Positions 44,012 through 54,116 of a stretch of 64,000 nt of DNA are shown here, one piece after another. Origin of the DNA: an uncultured delta proteobacterium. GTDB lineage: Bacteria; Desulfobacterota; RBG-13-43-22. The DNA is taken from positions 32,001 to 96,000 of the forward strand of contig CAWJJC010000028.1 in assembly GCA_963843145.1 (NCBI GenBank), given 5' to 3'. The translations under genes and the position numbers were made by a program. Position 1 is the first letter of the stretch. Every line of letters starts with the position of its first letter. The notes beneath the pieces are model-generated. The model had not been told where the DNA came from. It saw nothing but the letters and a program-made list of their open reading frames with translations, and searched no databases.

Positions 44012-44602
44012 TTGACCGCTGCTAGAAATGATTTTCGACGAAAGGCCCGCGGGGTGGCGGTACTCCTGCTGGACGTGGACGGAGTTTTAACCGACGGACG
44101 CATTCAGTTGGATGAACGCGGGAAGGAAAGGAAAATTTTTCACGTTCATGACGGCCAGGGAATCCGCTGGTTGCTAAAAGCCGGAATAGAGGTGGGGATC
44201 ATTTCCGGGCGCTCCTCCGGGTCCGTCCTGACCCGGGCCGGAGAACTCGGAATTTCCTTGCTTTTCCAGAATATTCAGGATAAGTGGGCTGTGGTCCAAG
44301 CCTTGCTGAGGAATAAAGGCTGGAACCTGAAACAGGTGGCCTACATGGGGGATGATCTAGCCGATCTCCCGCTCCTTCAACGAGTGGGGTTGCCGATCGG
44401 GGTCCCGAACGGACATCCCTTGACCCATCGATCCGTGGGTTATGTGACCCGAAAATCTGGCGGTTGGGGCGCGGTTCGAGAGGTGGCCGAGGAAATCCTG
44501 AAGTCCCAGAGTAAATGGGAAGAGATAGTGAAAGGGTACGCCCTGGACCTTGAGGAGCAGCCTCCCGGGAATTGTCTCATTGACCTATCAACGGCATTGT
44601 GA
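44012..44602 (+). CDS. kdsC: KDO8P phosphatase (HAD)
   Basis: LDVDGVLTDG, YMGDDLAD, GGWGAVRE. Confidence 0.95.
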   Translation: MTAARNDFRRKARGVAVLLLDVDGVLTDGRIQLDERGKERKIFHVHDGQGIRWLLKAGIEVGIISGRSSGSVLTRAGELGISLLFQNIQDKWAVVQALLRNKGWNLKQVAYMGDDLADLPLLQRVGLPIGVPNGHPLTHRSVGYVTRKSGGWGAVREVAEEILKSQSKWEEIVKGYALDLEEQPPGNCLIDLSTAL

Positions 44603-44615
44603 GTATAATAACTGA

Positions 44616-45197
44616 ATGAAGAAAGTTAAAAATCTGCTGATGATCGGGATCCTGTGCGTGGTCGCTTTTTGGATTGGCCTGTACGCCTTCAGGACTCAGA
44701 AACCCACCATCGTTCCATCCCAAAAACCGGTCACCGGGCAAACACCCGGTAACGTGGGTTTAAAAGAAATCAATTTCTCTCAAGTCAAGGACGGGGTTAA
44801 ACTCTGGGAATTGAAAGCCGAGGAGGTGGAGTACCAGAAAGACCGGAATCTGGTTTCCTTCAAAAAAGTAACCATCCTTTATTTCCCCAAGGAAGATAAA
44901 CCCATCTCCTTGGTGGGAAACCGGGGGTACTTAGATACGCAGTCCAAAAATATTTATATGGAAGGCGAGGTCATCGTTTCATCGGAGAAGGGATATGAGC
45001 TAAAAGCCCCCTCCCTTTATTACCAGGATGAAAAAAGGGAGGTGACCACCGAGGGGGTGGTGACGTTCAAAGGCCCGGAAATAATGGTGGAAGGCCGGGG
45101 GGCGATTATGCAACTGGATTCCCAAAGATTGTTTATCAAAAATAAGGCCAGGACCACTTTTTATCAGGAATTTTTTAAGGAGCAGAACCGCGGATAA
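44616..45197 (+). CDS. lptC: LPS export protein LptC
   Basis: N-terminal TM, WELKA, position in the lpt operon. Confidence 0.9.
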   Translation: MKKVKNLLMIGILCVVAFWIGLYAFRTQKPTIVPSQKPVTGQTPGNVGLKEINFSQVKDGVKLWELKAEEVEYQKDRNLVSFKKVTILYFPKEDKPISLVGNRGYLDTQSKNIYMEGEVIVSSEKGYELKAPSLYYQDEKREVTTEGVVTFKGPEIMVEGRGAIMQLDSQRLFIKNKARTTFYQEFFKEQNRG

Positions 45198-45262
45198 AGG
45201 CCAATTCCGTGGGGAGCCTTTAATTCATAAGCCCGACATCCGGGTTGGGTCAGGGAGGATCG

Positions 45263-45847
45263 ATGATTAAGACAGGCAAAATAGTGATGTCGGCCCTATT
45301 GGCGGGAATGCTGGGACTTCCCTTTTTACAATCCCCGGCCTGGGGGGCCGGGGAAAAGCCCGTGGGGGGTAGTAAGAATCCTATCGTGGTGACCTCCGAC
45401 ACCCTGGACGCCGATAATAAAGCCAAGATCGCTACCTTTTCCGGGTCCGTAGTGGCCAAACAGCTCCAGGAAAAGGAAACGCTTTATATCTACTGTGACA
45501 AACTGACTGTCTATTATACCGGCGACACGGAAAAAAAGCCCGGGCTGGGCCAGGCCCCCAAACCCGATAAGAAGGAAGGCTTGTCGCAACAGAGCAAGAT
45601 CGATAAGATAATCGCCACTGGCCACGTAAAGATCGTCCAGGGAGAAGATGTGGCTACGGGGGAAAACGCTACTTTCTTCAACGACGAACAAAAAATAGTG
45701 TTGACGGGGAATCCAAAGGTCTGGCAGGGGAAAAATTTGGTTAAGGGCGAGGAAATCACGGTCTGGATCAGGGAAAACCGCAGCCAGGTCACCAGTAAAG
45801 GAGCCAATCGGGTTCAGGCGATCATCCACCAAGAGGAAAAAAAGTAG
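45263..45847 (+). CDS. lptA: LPS export protein LptA
   Basis: Signal peptide, ATFSGSVVAKQ, VLTGNPKVWQG. Confidence 0.92.
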   Translation: MIKTGKIVMSALLAGMLGLPFLQSPAWGAGEKPVGGSKNPIVVTSDTLDADNKAKIATFSGSVVAKQLQEKETLYIYCDKLTVYYTGDTEKKPGLGQAPKPDKKEGLSQQSKIDKIIATGHVKIVQGEDVATGENATFFNDEQKIVLTGNPKVWQGKNLVKGEEITVWIRENRSQVTSKGANRVQAIIHQEEKK

Positions 45848-45855
45848 TTCTTTTC

Positions 45856-46581
45856 ATGAAACAACTCGCTGTCCAGGAGCTGGTCAAGTTCTATCACCGT
45901 AAGGCTGTGGTGAATCGGGTTTCGTTGCAATTGACCCAGGGTGAGATCGTGGGGCTGCTGGGGCCCAACGGGGCCGGTAAAACTACTACCTTTTACATGA
46001 TCGTCGGCTTAACCCGTCCCAACCAAGGGCGGATCTTGTTCGACGGGGAGGACATTCGTGAACTGCCGATGTACCAGCGGGCCCGGAAAGGCATTAATTA
46101 CCTGCCCCAGGAGCCGTCGGTTTTCACCAAACTAACGGTGGCCGAGAATATTATGGCCATCCTGGAAACTCTGGATTTATCTTCTCTCGAGAGGGAAGAG
46201 CGTTTGGAGTCATTGCTCAAAGAATTGAAGCTCAGTCACTTGGCCCGGAATAAGGCCTATTCCCTGTCCGGAGGCGAACGGCGCCGGGTGGAAATAACCC
46301 GGGCCTTGGTCACGGCGCCTCAAATTATGCTGTTGGATGAACCTTTTGCCGGTATCGATCCCTTGGCGGTCAATGATATTCAAAACATCATCCGCCAATT
46401 GAAGGAAAAAAACATCGGGATCCTCATTTCCGATCACAACGTCCGGGAAACCTTGTCGGTTTGCGACCGGGCCTACATTCTGAATGAGGGGGTCATTTTG
46501 GAGGAGGGGAGTCCGGAGGAATTGGCCGAAAGCGAATTAGCCAAGAAGATTTACCTTGGCGAGAAATTCAGGTTGAATTAA
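45856..46581 (+). CDS. lptB: LPS export ABC ATPase
   Basis: GPNGAGKTT, LSGGERRR, DEPFAGIDP. Confidence 0.98.
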   Translation: MKQLAVQELVKFYHRKAVVNRVSLQLTQGEIVGLLGPNGAGKTTTFYMIVGLTRPNQGRILFDGEDIRELPMYQRARKGINYLPQEPSVFTKLTVAENIMAILETLDLSSLEREERLESLLKELKLSHLARNKAYSLSGGERRRVEITRALVTAPQIMLLDEPFAGIDPLAVNDIQNIIRQLKEKNIGILISDHNVRETLSVCDRAYILNEGVILEEGSPEELAESELAKKIYLGEKFRLN

Positions 46582-48116
46582 TGGGTCTGGAAATTAAACA
46601 ACAGCTCAAGCTTTCCCAGCAGTTGATTATGACGCCCCAGCTTCAACAGGCGATCAAATTGCTGCAGCTTTCCCGGTTGGAGTTGCTGGAAACCTTGACC
46701 CAGGAAATCGAAGCCAACCCGGTATTGGAAGATTTGAATGCCGAGGAACCGGAGTATCTGCCGGGGGAAAAGGAAGGTCAGGAAGCCTCACCCGAGGTGG
46801 AAGCTCCGACCGGTGAGGTGGACCTCTCCGAAGGGGCCTTAGGCGCCTTGCAGGATTTGGACTGGGATAATTATCTGAATGAATACAGCGCCCCCCACCA
46901 AGATGAGGGGACCGAAGACCGGGAACTCCCCTCCTATGAAAATATTCTTACCCGCAAGGTCTCCCTGGCCGAACATTTAATCTGGCAATTATCCTTATCC
47001 GTTTTTTCTCCCGCCGAACAAAAGATGGGGACCGAAATCATCGGCAATCTTGATCGGAACGGCTACCTGTCCGCTTCGCTCGAAGAAATTGCCGCCGCGA
47101 CCCAGGAGACCCCGGAAGCGGTTGAAAAAGTCTTGCTGGCCATCCAAGAATTTGATCCGCTGGGGGTGGCCGCGCGGAATTTGAAGGAATGCCTGCTGAT
47201 TCAAATCCGACATCTGGGGGACCGGGTGCCCTGGGTGGAAGAAATAATTCAAAACCATATTCATCTCTTAGAAACAAAAAATTACCCCGCCCTGGCCAAG
47301 ATCCTGCAGGCCCCCCTGGAAGAAATTTTTCAGGCCGTCCGAATTATTCTGCAATTAAATCCCAAACCGGGACGGGCCTTCAGTACCGAAGAGCCGCAGT
47401 ATATCAGTCCGGATATTTTTATCTATAAGGTGGACGACGAATATATCATCGTCCTGAACGATGATGGCCTGCCCCGCTTACGGATCAACTCCTTTTACCG
47501 CAAGGCGTTAAGTGACAAAGAACAGATGCCGGAAGGGGCCAGGGAATATATTCAGGAAAAGTTGCGCTCGGCCCTCTGGTTGATCAAAAGCATTCAACAG
47601 CGGCAGCGAACCATTTACCGGGTGACCGAGAGCATTTTTAAAATTCAAAGGGGGTTTTTAGATCACGGCCTTTCCGGCTTGAAGCCCCTGATTTTGCGGG
47701 ATGTGGCCGAAGATGTGGAAATGCACGAGTCGACCGTCAGCCGGGTGACGACCAACAAGTATGTGCATACCCCGCGAGGTATTTTTGAACTCAAGTTTTT
47801 CTTTAATGGCTCGCTGCCCGGACCGGACGGGGAGGGTGTGGCTGCGGAAAGCGTCAAGGAAAAAATTCGGCAGTTCGTCGCCCGGGAGGACCACCGCCGA
47901 CCATTAAGCGATCAGGAAATTACCGAAATGCTCCGACGGGAAAAAATCCATATCGCTCGGCGAACGGTGGCCAAGTATCGAGAGATTCTTGGTATTTTGC
48001 CTTCCAGCAAAAGAAAACACCCGGATTTTGGCCCGGGCGGAATCAATGAAAAAAACAAAGTGCCGGATCATTCTCCAGAGGAAGATTCCATCATTCAATC
48101 AGAGGAGGGACTATGA
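46581..48116 (+). CDS. rpoN: RNA polymerase sigma-54 factor
   Basis: MTPQLQQAIKLLQL, HESTVSR, RpoN box ARRTVAKYRE. Confidence 0.99.
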   Translation: MGLEIKQQLKLSQQLIMTPQLQQAIKLLQLSRLELLETLTQEIEANPVLEDLNAEEPEYLPGEKEGQEASPEVEAPTGEVDLSEGALGALQDLDWDNYLNEYSAPHQDEGTEDRELPSYENILTRKVSLAEHLIWQLSLSVFSPAEQKMGTEIIGNLDRNGYLSASLEEIAAATQETPEAVEKVLLAIQEFDPLGVAARNLKECLLIQIRHLGDRVPWVEEIIQNHIHLLETKNYPALAKILQAPLEEIFQAVRIILQLNPKPGRAFSTEEPQYISPDIFIYKVDDEYIIVLNDDGLPRLRINSFYRKALSDKEQMPEGAREYIQEKLRSALWLIKSIQQRQRTIYRVTESIFKIQRGFLDHGLSGLKPLILRDVAEDVEMHESTVSRVTTNKYVHTPRGIFELKFFFNGSLPGPDGEGVAAESVKEKIRQFVAREDHRRPLSDQEITEMLRREKIHIARRTVAKYREILGILPSSKRKHPDFGPGGINEKNKVPDHSPEEDSIIQSEEGL

Positions 48117-48652
48117 AAATTTCCGTAACTTTTCGGAATCTCGATCCGTCGGATCATTTGAAAAATTATGCCGAGACCCGGTTAAACCGGTTGAAAAAAA
48201 TAATGGAAGAACCGATTGAAGCTCATGTGGTGCTCTCCGTTCAAAAATTTCGACACCTGGCCGATGTTTCCATAAACGCCAACGGGATCAAAATCAAAGC
48301 CCAGGAGGAAACCGGAGACCTTTATGCGGCCATAGATATGGTCATGGATAAAATTGAAAAGCAGATCAAACGCCAGCGGGAAAAGATGAAAGACCATAAT
48401 CCCGAAAACTGGTCAAAGTCCGGCGATAAGGAGACGGAGTTCCCTGAAGAAGAAGAAACACCGGCCCTGACCCCGGAAGTGATCCGGACGGAAAGGATAT
48501 TTGCCAAGCCTATGGATGTGGAAGAGGCTTCCCTGCAGCTAAACCTGTCCAGCAGTGAGTTCCTGGTCTTTACTAATTCCAAATCCCGAGTCATCAACGT
48601 CCTTTATAAACGGAAAGACGGCAATTTCGGGCTGATCGAGCCCACCAATTAA
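48113..48652 (+). CDS. hpf: Long ribosome hibernation factor
   Basis: DLYAAID, KPMDVEEA, YKRKDGNFGLIEP. Confidence 0.95.
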   Translation: MKISVTFRNLDPSDHLKNYAETRLNRLKKIMEEPIEAHVVLSVQKFRHLADVSINANGIKIKAQEETGDLYAAIDMVMDKIEKQIKRQREKMKDHNPENWSKSGDKETEFPEEEETPALTPEVIRTERIFAKPMDVEEASLQLNLSSSEFLVFTNSKSRVINVLYKRKDGNFGLIEPTN

Positions 48653-49117
48653 ATGAAAATTAGTGATTTTCTAAACCCGGAACTCATCATTCCCGAACTC
48701 GCCGCCCGGACCAAGGAAGAGGTTTTAATGGAATTGGCCGATCGGATTGCTCGGAATTTCTCCGGGGTGTCGGCGGAGAAATTGCTCCAAATTCTCAAAG
48801 ATCGGGAAAAGTTGGGGAGTACCGGCATTGGCGACGGTTTTGCTATCCCCCATGGTAAGTCCAGGTCTATTAATCAGATGATCATCAGTTTTGGACGATC
48901 CCGGGCAGGGATTCCTTTCGACTCCATGGATGGGAAACCGGCACATTATTTTTTTGTTTTGATCGCCCCTGAAAATTCCGCCGGAGACCATCTTAAGGCC
49001 CTGGCCAAGATTTCCCGTTTTTTAAAAAACAGCCTTTTCAAGGAAAGCTTGGCCAACGCCAATGGCCAGAAAGAATTGCAAAAATTGATTCAGGACCAGG
49101 ATGACCTGACCCTTTAG
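48653..49117 (+). CDS. ptsN: PTS IIA-Ntr
   Basis: REKLGSTGIG.G.AIPHG. Confidence 0.92.
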   Translation: MKISDFLNPELIIPELAARTKEEVLMELADRIARNFSGVSAEKLLQILKDREKLGSTGIGDGFAIPHGKSRSINQMIISFGRSRAGIPFDSMDGKPAHYFFVLIAPENSAGDHLKALAKISRFLKNSLFKESLANANGQKELQKLIQDQDDLTL

Positions 49118-49196
49118 TCGCATACTTATTTCAATAATTCTTGTTTAGAGTCTTTTTCCTCCGCGCGGGGCGGGAGGAGGGGACAGCAGCTACGGC

Positions 49197-50078
49197 ATGG
49201 CCTTCAAACCCACGAAAAATATCCGTTTGGTTATTATCAGCGGCCTTTCCGGGTCCGGCAAGAGTACCGCCCTTAAAGCCTTCGAAGACATCGGTTTTTT
49301 TTGCATCGACAACCTCCCCGTCACTCTGCTGCCGCGTTTCCTGGATTTGAAAGACGAAATCTCCAAGGAGGTTTTTAAAATCGCCCTGGTCATGGATCTG
49401 CGGGGCAAGGACTTCCTGACCAAATTTCCCAAGATCTATCAGGAAATCAAACGCAAGGGCTACCTGATCGAAATACTGTTCTTATACGCGGAAAACGAAG
49501 TCCTGGCCCGACGATTCAGCCAAACCCGTCGCCACCATCCTTTGGGCGATGGCAAAACCTTATCCGGAAACATCCAATTGGAACGCCGGAAAATGGCCCC
49601 CATCCAAAAGTTGGCCACCTACCGACTGGATACCTCCAATTTGAATGTGCACCAGTTGCGGGAGGAGATCCTGCGTTTGTTTTCTCGGGTGGCGTCCCCT
49701 CCCCCCATGGTCGTTCATTTGGTTTCTTTCGGCTACAAATACGGGTTGCCTTACGACGCCGATATAGTAATGGATGTCCGGTTTTTACCCAATCCCTTCT
49801 TTGTCTCCGAGTTAAAGGATCTGGATGGAAATCAAAAGTCGGTGGCCGATTACATCATGAAATGGAAAGAAACCACGACCTTCCTGAGGGATTTTTATAA
49901 ACTGATTTCTTTCCTGATCCCGGAATATCAAAAGGAAGGGAAATCCAATCTGACCATTGCCGTGGGTTGTACCGGCGGGCGCCATCGCTCGGTGGCCATC
50001 GTCAATGCCTTGGCGGTTTTTTTGAGGAAGCGGGATTTGATGGTCAATACCAAGCACCGGGACATCCAAATGGGGTGA
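49197..50078 (+). CDS. rapZ: RNase adapter RapZ
   Basis: GLSGSGKS, DVRFLPNP, GCTGGRHRS. Confidence 0.96.
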   Translation: MAFKPTKNIRLVIISGLSGSGKSTALKAFEDIGFFCIDNLPVTLLPRFLDLKDEISKEVFKIALVMDLRGKDFLTKFPKIYQEIKRKGYLIEILFLYAENEVLARRFSQTRRHHPLGDGKTLSGNIQLERRKMAPIQKLATYRLDTSNLNVHQLREEILRLFSRVASPPPMVVHLVSFGYKYGLPYDADIVMDVRFLPNPFFVSELKDLDGNQKSVADYIMKWKETTTFLRDFYKLISFLIPEYQKEGKSNLTIAVGCTGGRHRSVAIVNALAVFLRKRDLMVNTKHRDIQMG

Positions 50079-50080
50079 GG

Positions 50081-50164
50081 GTTTATTTCGTTGATTGGGT
50101 TCTTTTGGTTTCTTTGGTTTTCAAAACGAAACCAACGAAATAAAACCAAATCAACCAAATCAAC
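50081..50164. repeat. 9-nt periodic inverted repeat
   Basis: GTTTATTTC-GTTGATTGG-GTTCTTTTG-GTTTCTTTG followed by complementary CAACGAAAT/CAACCAAAT units. Confidence 0.65.
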
Positions 50165-50195
50165 GGTTAATCGGTTTTTGACGAGGTTATCCAAT

Positions 50196-50603
50196 ATGAT
50201 TGGTATCATTGTGGTAGGTCATTGTAAATTAAGTGAAGAATTGGTTAGGGCCGCTGAATTCATAACCGGGAAGATCCAAGGCGTACAAGCCGTGTCCCTG
50301 GACCCCAACGCGAAAGTGGACCTGCTGCGCCGCGAGGTAGCCTCGGCCATTGAGCAGGTGGACTCCGGCGACGGCATCCTGATCCTGGCCGATATGTTCG
50401 GCGGGACCCCTTCCAATATCAGTCTTTCCTTCTTGGAAGAAGGTAAGGTGGAGGTGGTGACCGGTGTCAACCTCCCTATGCTGATTCATCTCGCCACCCA
50501 GCGAGGCGGTAAATCCCTGAATCAACTGGCCGAAGAAGTACGGACCTCCGGAAAGCGAAGCATTTCCCTGGCCGGGGAAATACTAAGAAAAGAAGTGGCC
50601 TGA
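50196..50603 (+). CDS. PTS IIA (mannose/fructose family)
   Basis: IIVVGH, ADMFGGTPSN, GVNLPML. Confidence 0.92.
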   Translation: MIGIIVVGHCKLSEELVRAAEFITGKIQGVQAVSLDPNAKVDLLRREVASAIEQVDSGDGILILADMFGGTPSNISLSFLEEGKVEVVTGVNLPMLIHLATQRGGKSLNQLAEEVRTSGKRSISLAGEILRKEVA

Positions 50604-50637
50604 CTCCCGGAGAGGATCGGCCCGACCTTTTTTCCCT

Positions 50638-51114
50638 TTGAACATCGTTCCCTCGGATTTTCTGGTTATTGAAGCGGCGCGGAAAAAAGACCTGGAGTCC
50701 GTTTGGGCCATCGAGCAGGCTTCCTTCCGCCATCCGTGGACCCGGGCCATGTTCCAGGAAGAGCTGGCCAAGTACCCGGCCACCCTCTTCGTCCTTAAGG
50801 AAATGCCGGGGAAAAGGGTGCTGGGATATAGCTGTTTTTGGACCCTGTCCGGGGAATTGCAATTGGTGAATATTGCGGTTCACCCGGACCTGCGGGGTAA
50901 AGGCCTGGGACAAAAGCTGTTGAATCATCTCCTCCAGGAAGCTGAAAGCCGCGCAGCCGAAAAAATATTTTTAGAAGTCCGCCCTTCCAACCAGGCGGCC
51001 ATTGGACTTTACGAAAGGTTGGGATTTAAGGTGCTGTACCACCGGCCCCGATATTATACCCCGGAAGGGGAGGACGCCTGGGTCATGGTCTGGGAGACCC
51101 CCTCCGGAAAATAA
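50638..51114 (+). CDS. rimI: Ribosomal-protein N-acetyltransferase
   Basis: NIAVHP..RGKGLG, LEVRPSN..A..LY, EDA. Confidence 0.92.
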   Translation: MNIVPSDFLVIEAARKKDLESVWAIEQASFRHPWTRAMFQEELAKYPATLFVLKEMPGKRVLGYSCFWTLSGELQLVNIAVHPDLRGKGLGQKLLNHLLQEAESRAAEKIFLEVRPSNQAAIGLYERLGFKVLYHRPRYYTPEGEDAWVMVWETPSGK

Positions 51115-51129
51115 CTTGGGAGAAACGAA

Positions 51130-52185
51130 ATGTTAATGAATTTGGGAAAAGCCGACAGGCTGGAGTTCAGTGATGCCGAGCAGGCCCGGGACCACTTTTA
51201 CGACCGGGGCTGGACCGACGGCCTCCCGATCATCCCGCCGACCGAGGAAAAAGTAAGGGCTTTTCTGGCGGCGGCCCAACTGCCGTCAACGGAAATCTTG
51301 GGATCCATTCCGGAACGAAACCGGGTCTTCACGGCGGAAAAGGCGGCCATCAATGCCGTCATGGCCGGGTGCCTCCCGGAATATTTTCCGGTGGTGGTGG
51401 CGGCGGTGCGGGCTATGAGTCACCCCGATTTCGGTTTGCACGGTGTAACGGCCACCACGGCCGGGACCGCCATTTTAATGATCGTCAACGGACCGATCAT
51501 CCGGGAGATCGGGTTGAACAGCGGCCAAAATGTTTTCGGGCCGGGCCATCGGGCCAACGCCACCATCGGCCGGGCGATCCGTCTGATCCTGTTTAATTTG
51601 GGGGGGAGAGAATTCGATCGGGGTACCTTGGGGAACCCGGGAAAATACACCTATTGTATCGCCGAAGAGGAAGACAGCCGTTGGGAGCCGCTGCAGGTGA
51701 CCCGGGGTTTTTCCCGGGAAAGCGCCACGGTGACGGTTTTCGCGGCGGAAGGACCCAACCAGGTTCAGAATCACGGGGCCTTGAAACCGGAAAACATCTT
51801 GCTGACCATGGCCGACCGCATGCGCAGCCTGGGCAGCTTTAACATGTTGGGGGATACGGAAGGGGTGGTGGTCCTCTGCCGGGAACATTACCAGACGCTG
51901 ATTGAGGGCGGGTGGCAGAAAGACCGGGTCCGGCAGTTTCTTTATGAACGGGCCTGCCGACCCTTGGCCGATCTTAAACGGGGCGGCCTGATTGAAGCGC
52001 CGCTAGTCCCGGCGGATGAAACCACTATGATCAGGGCGGTATCCTCCCCGAACCATATTTTGTTGATTATGGCCGGCGGAGTAGCCGGGAGGTTTTCGGC
52101 CTTTATCCCGGGCTGGGGCGGGAGGCACATGTCCAAGGCGGTGACCTGGCCGATTGAGGCCGGCACCTGTTCGGGCGGGGGTTGA
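51130..52185 (+). CDS. Uncharacterised UGSC-associated protein (WTDGLP motif); terminal TGA may encode Sec
   Basis: GWTDGLPIIPPT, NAVMAGC.PEY, RANATIGRA; ends TCSGGG-TGA followed by a SECIS-like hairpin. Confidence 0.85.
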   Translation: MLMNLGKADRLEFSDAEQARDHFYDRGWTDGLPIIPPTEEKVRAFLAAAQLPSTEILGSIPERNRVFTAEKAAINAVMAGCLPEYFPVVVAAVRAMSHPDFGLHGVTATTAGTAILMIVNGPIIREIGLNSGQNVFGPGHRANATIGRAIRLILFNLGGREFDRGTLGNPGKYTYCIAEEEDSRWEPLQVTRGFSRESATVTVFAAEGPNQVQNHGALKPENILLTMADRMRSLGSFNMLGDTEGVVVLCREHYQTLIEGGWQKDRVRQFLYERACRPLADLKRGGLIEAPLVPADETTMIRAVSSPNHILLIMAGGVAGRFSAFIPGWGGRHMSKAVTWPIEAGTCSGGG

Positions 52186-52292
52186 ACCCGCTCCCTGGCC
52201 CAGGTTAGGGCCGATAATCCTATAAGGATAAAATTCGAAACTCGAATTTCGGATTTAACTTTTTAAGTGTAAATAAATTAGAGAGGGAGACC

Positions 52293-52817
52293 ATGTCTTA
52301 TATTGTACTGGATCCGACCGACGGACCCATAAAAACCAGTTTTACCCTGGCCCCGCGACCGGAAAAACTTAAGGGAGTGACCCTGGGGGTCATTGACAAC
52401 GGCAAAAAAAATTCCGATTACCTCTTGAAAGGGATACTGGAAAAATTGCTGGCCCAGGAGGGATTGGCCGGTCACCGCTACGTTCGTAAGCCATCCGTAT
52501 CCCACGGCCTCCCGGCCGATCAAGCCCAAATACTGGCCGAGCAATGCCAGGTAGTTATTGCCGGGGTCGGGGACTGAGGCTCCTGCAGCTCGGGCAGTGT
52601 GCTCGATGGCATCATCATGGAGAAGCTGGGTCGACCCACGGCGGTGATTTGTACCGAACCCTTCCTGTCCTCCGGCAAGGCCATGGCCCTGGCCCATGGT
52701 TTCCCGGATTATCCTTTTGTCCTGATCCCTCATCCCATCAATGCCACCGCGAATGCGGTGCTGGACCAATGGGTGGACGGGTGTCTGGCGGAGATCCAAA
52801 GATTATTGACGGTCTGA
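52293..52817 (+). CDS. UGSC-family selenoprotein
   Basis: VIAGVGD-U-GSCSSGSVLDG (TGA 52575-52577) joins two in-frame track ORFs; hairpin TCGGGCA-GTG-TGCTCGA 12 nt downstream. Confidence 0.92.
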
Positions 52818-52905
52818 ATTCCAGGGCCTATTATACCACGAGGGCAACGTTCAAATGGAGCCCTCGAAATGGATGAAATAGACCCACCTTTCTCCGGAAG
52901 GAGCG

Positions 52906-54081
52906 ATGAACATGACTGAGGATTACCGAGAATTTAGTCGGCGGGCCTTTATCAAGGCCGGGTTGTTGGGCGGAGCCGGGGTAGCGGCCGGCATCGGGGG
53001 ATGGCCGGATTTCGTTTCGGCGGCCGCTGGTAGTTCATCTGAACAGCCAGCACCGGTTTACCGGACCTTAGGCCGCACCGGCCTGAAAATCACAGTGGTC
53101 AGCTTCGGGGCCATGCTGACGCCGGAGCCGGAAGTCATCCGGGCCGGACTGGACCAGGGCATTAACTACATCGATACGGCCCGACGTTACATGAACGGTA
53201 AAAACGAGGGGATCGTGGCCCGGGCCATCAAGGGGCGGCGGGACAAAGTCTATCTGGCCACCAAAGCCCGACCCACCTCGGATACCAAAAAAGAAATCTT
53301 TCGGGACGTGGAGGAGAGTCTCACCGAGCTCCAGACGGATTACCTCGATGTGCTCCAGCTCCACAGCCTCAAAAGTAAGGAGCGGGCCTTCCTTCCGGAA
53401 GTGCGGGAGGCCCTGGTTCAATTGCGAAAGCAGGGCAAGGTCCGGTTTTTCGGGGTGACCACCCACACTAACCAGGCTGAAGTCGTCAATGCCCTGGCCG
53501 ACGACCCGGACCGCTTCTTCGACGTGGCCCTGGTGGGCTACAATTTTAAAAGCCCCCCGGAAATCAAGCAAGCCATCGCCCGGGCCTCCCAGGCCGGGAT
53601 CGGCATCGTGGCCATGAAGACCCAGGCCGGAGGATATCAGACCTCGGCTCTGGGACCGGTCAGCCCTCACCAGGCCGCTTTGAAGTGGGCTTTGCAGGAT
53701 ACCCACATAACGGCGGCCATCCCGGGCATGAAGGATCTGGCGCATCTCCAGGAGGATCTGGCCGTCATGGGGATGGCCCTGACACGGGGTGATGAGCAGA
53801 TCTTGAAAAGGTATGGTCAGGCCATCAGCCCCTATTACTGTCAACTCTGCGGAAGCTGCGAGGGATTCTGTTCTCGCGGAGTGGCCATCAGCGACATCAA
53901 CCGCTCCCTGATGTACGCCGAGGCCTACGGCAGTCTGGATCTGGCCATGGATACCTATCGGGAAATCCCCCAGCGGGCCTCCTTGAAGGCCTGTCTGGAT
54001 TGTTCGCCATGTACGGCTTCCTGTGTGAACGGGATCGATATTCCGGCCAAGCTGGAGCGGGCCAAGCGGTTTTTTGCCTAG
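52906..54081 (+). CDS. Tat-signal aldo/keto reductase with C-terminal 4Fe-4S domain
   Basis: SRRAFIK twin-Arg, YRTLGRTGL, IDTARRY, CxxCxxCxxxC twice. Confidence 0.9.
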   Translation: MNMTEDYREFSRRAFIKAGLLGGAGVAAGIGGWPDFVSAAAGSSSEQPAPVYRTLGRTGLKITVVSFGAMLTPEPEVIRAGLDQGINYIDTARRYMNGKNEGIVARAIKGRRDKVYLATKARPTSDTKKEIFRDVEESLTELQTDYLDVLQLHSLKSKERAFLPEVREALVQLRKQGKVRFFGVTTHTNQAEVVNALADDPDRFFDVALVGYNFKSPPEIKQAIARASQAGIGIVAMKTQAGGYQTSALGPVSPHQAALKWALQDTHITAAIPGMKDLAHLQEDLAVMGMALTRGDEQILKRYGQAISPYYCQLCGSCEGFCSRGVAISDINRSLMYAEAYGSLDLAMDTYREIPQRASLKACLDCSPCTASCVNGIDIPAKLERAKRFFA

Positions 54082-54116
54082 AGCCCTCAAACCAAAGTAA
54101 AGAAAAGCCGCAGACC

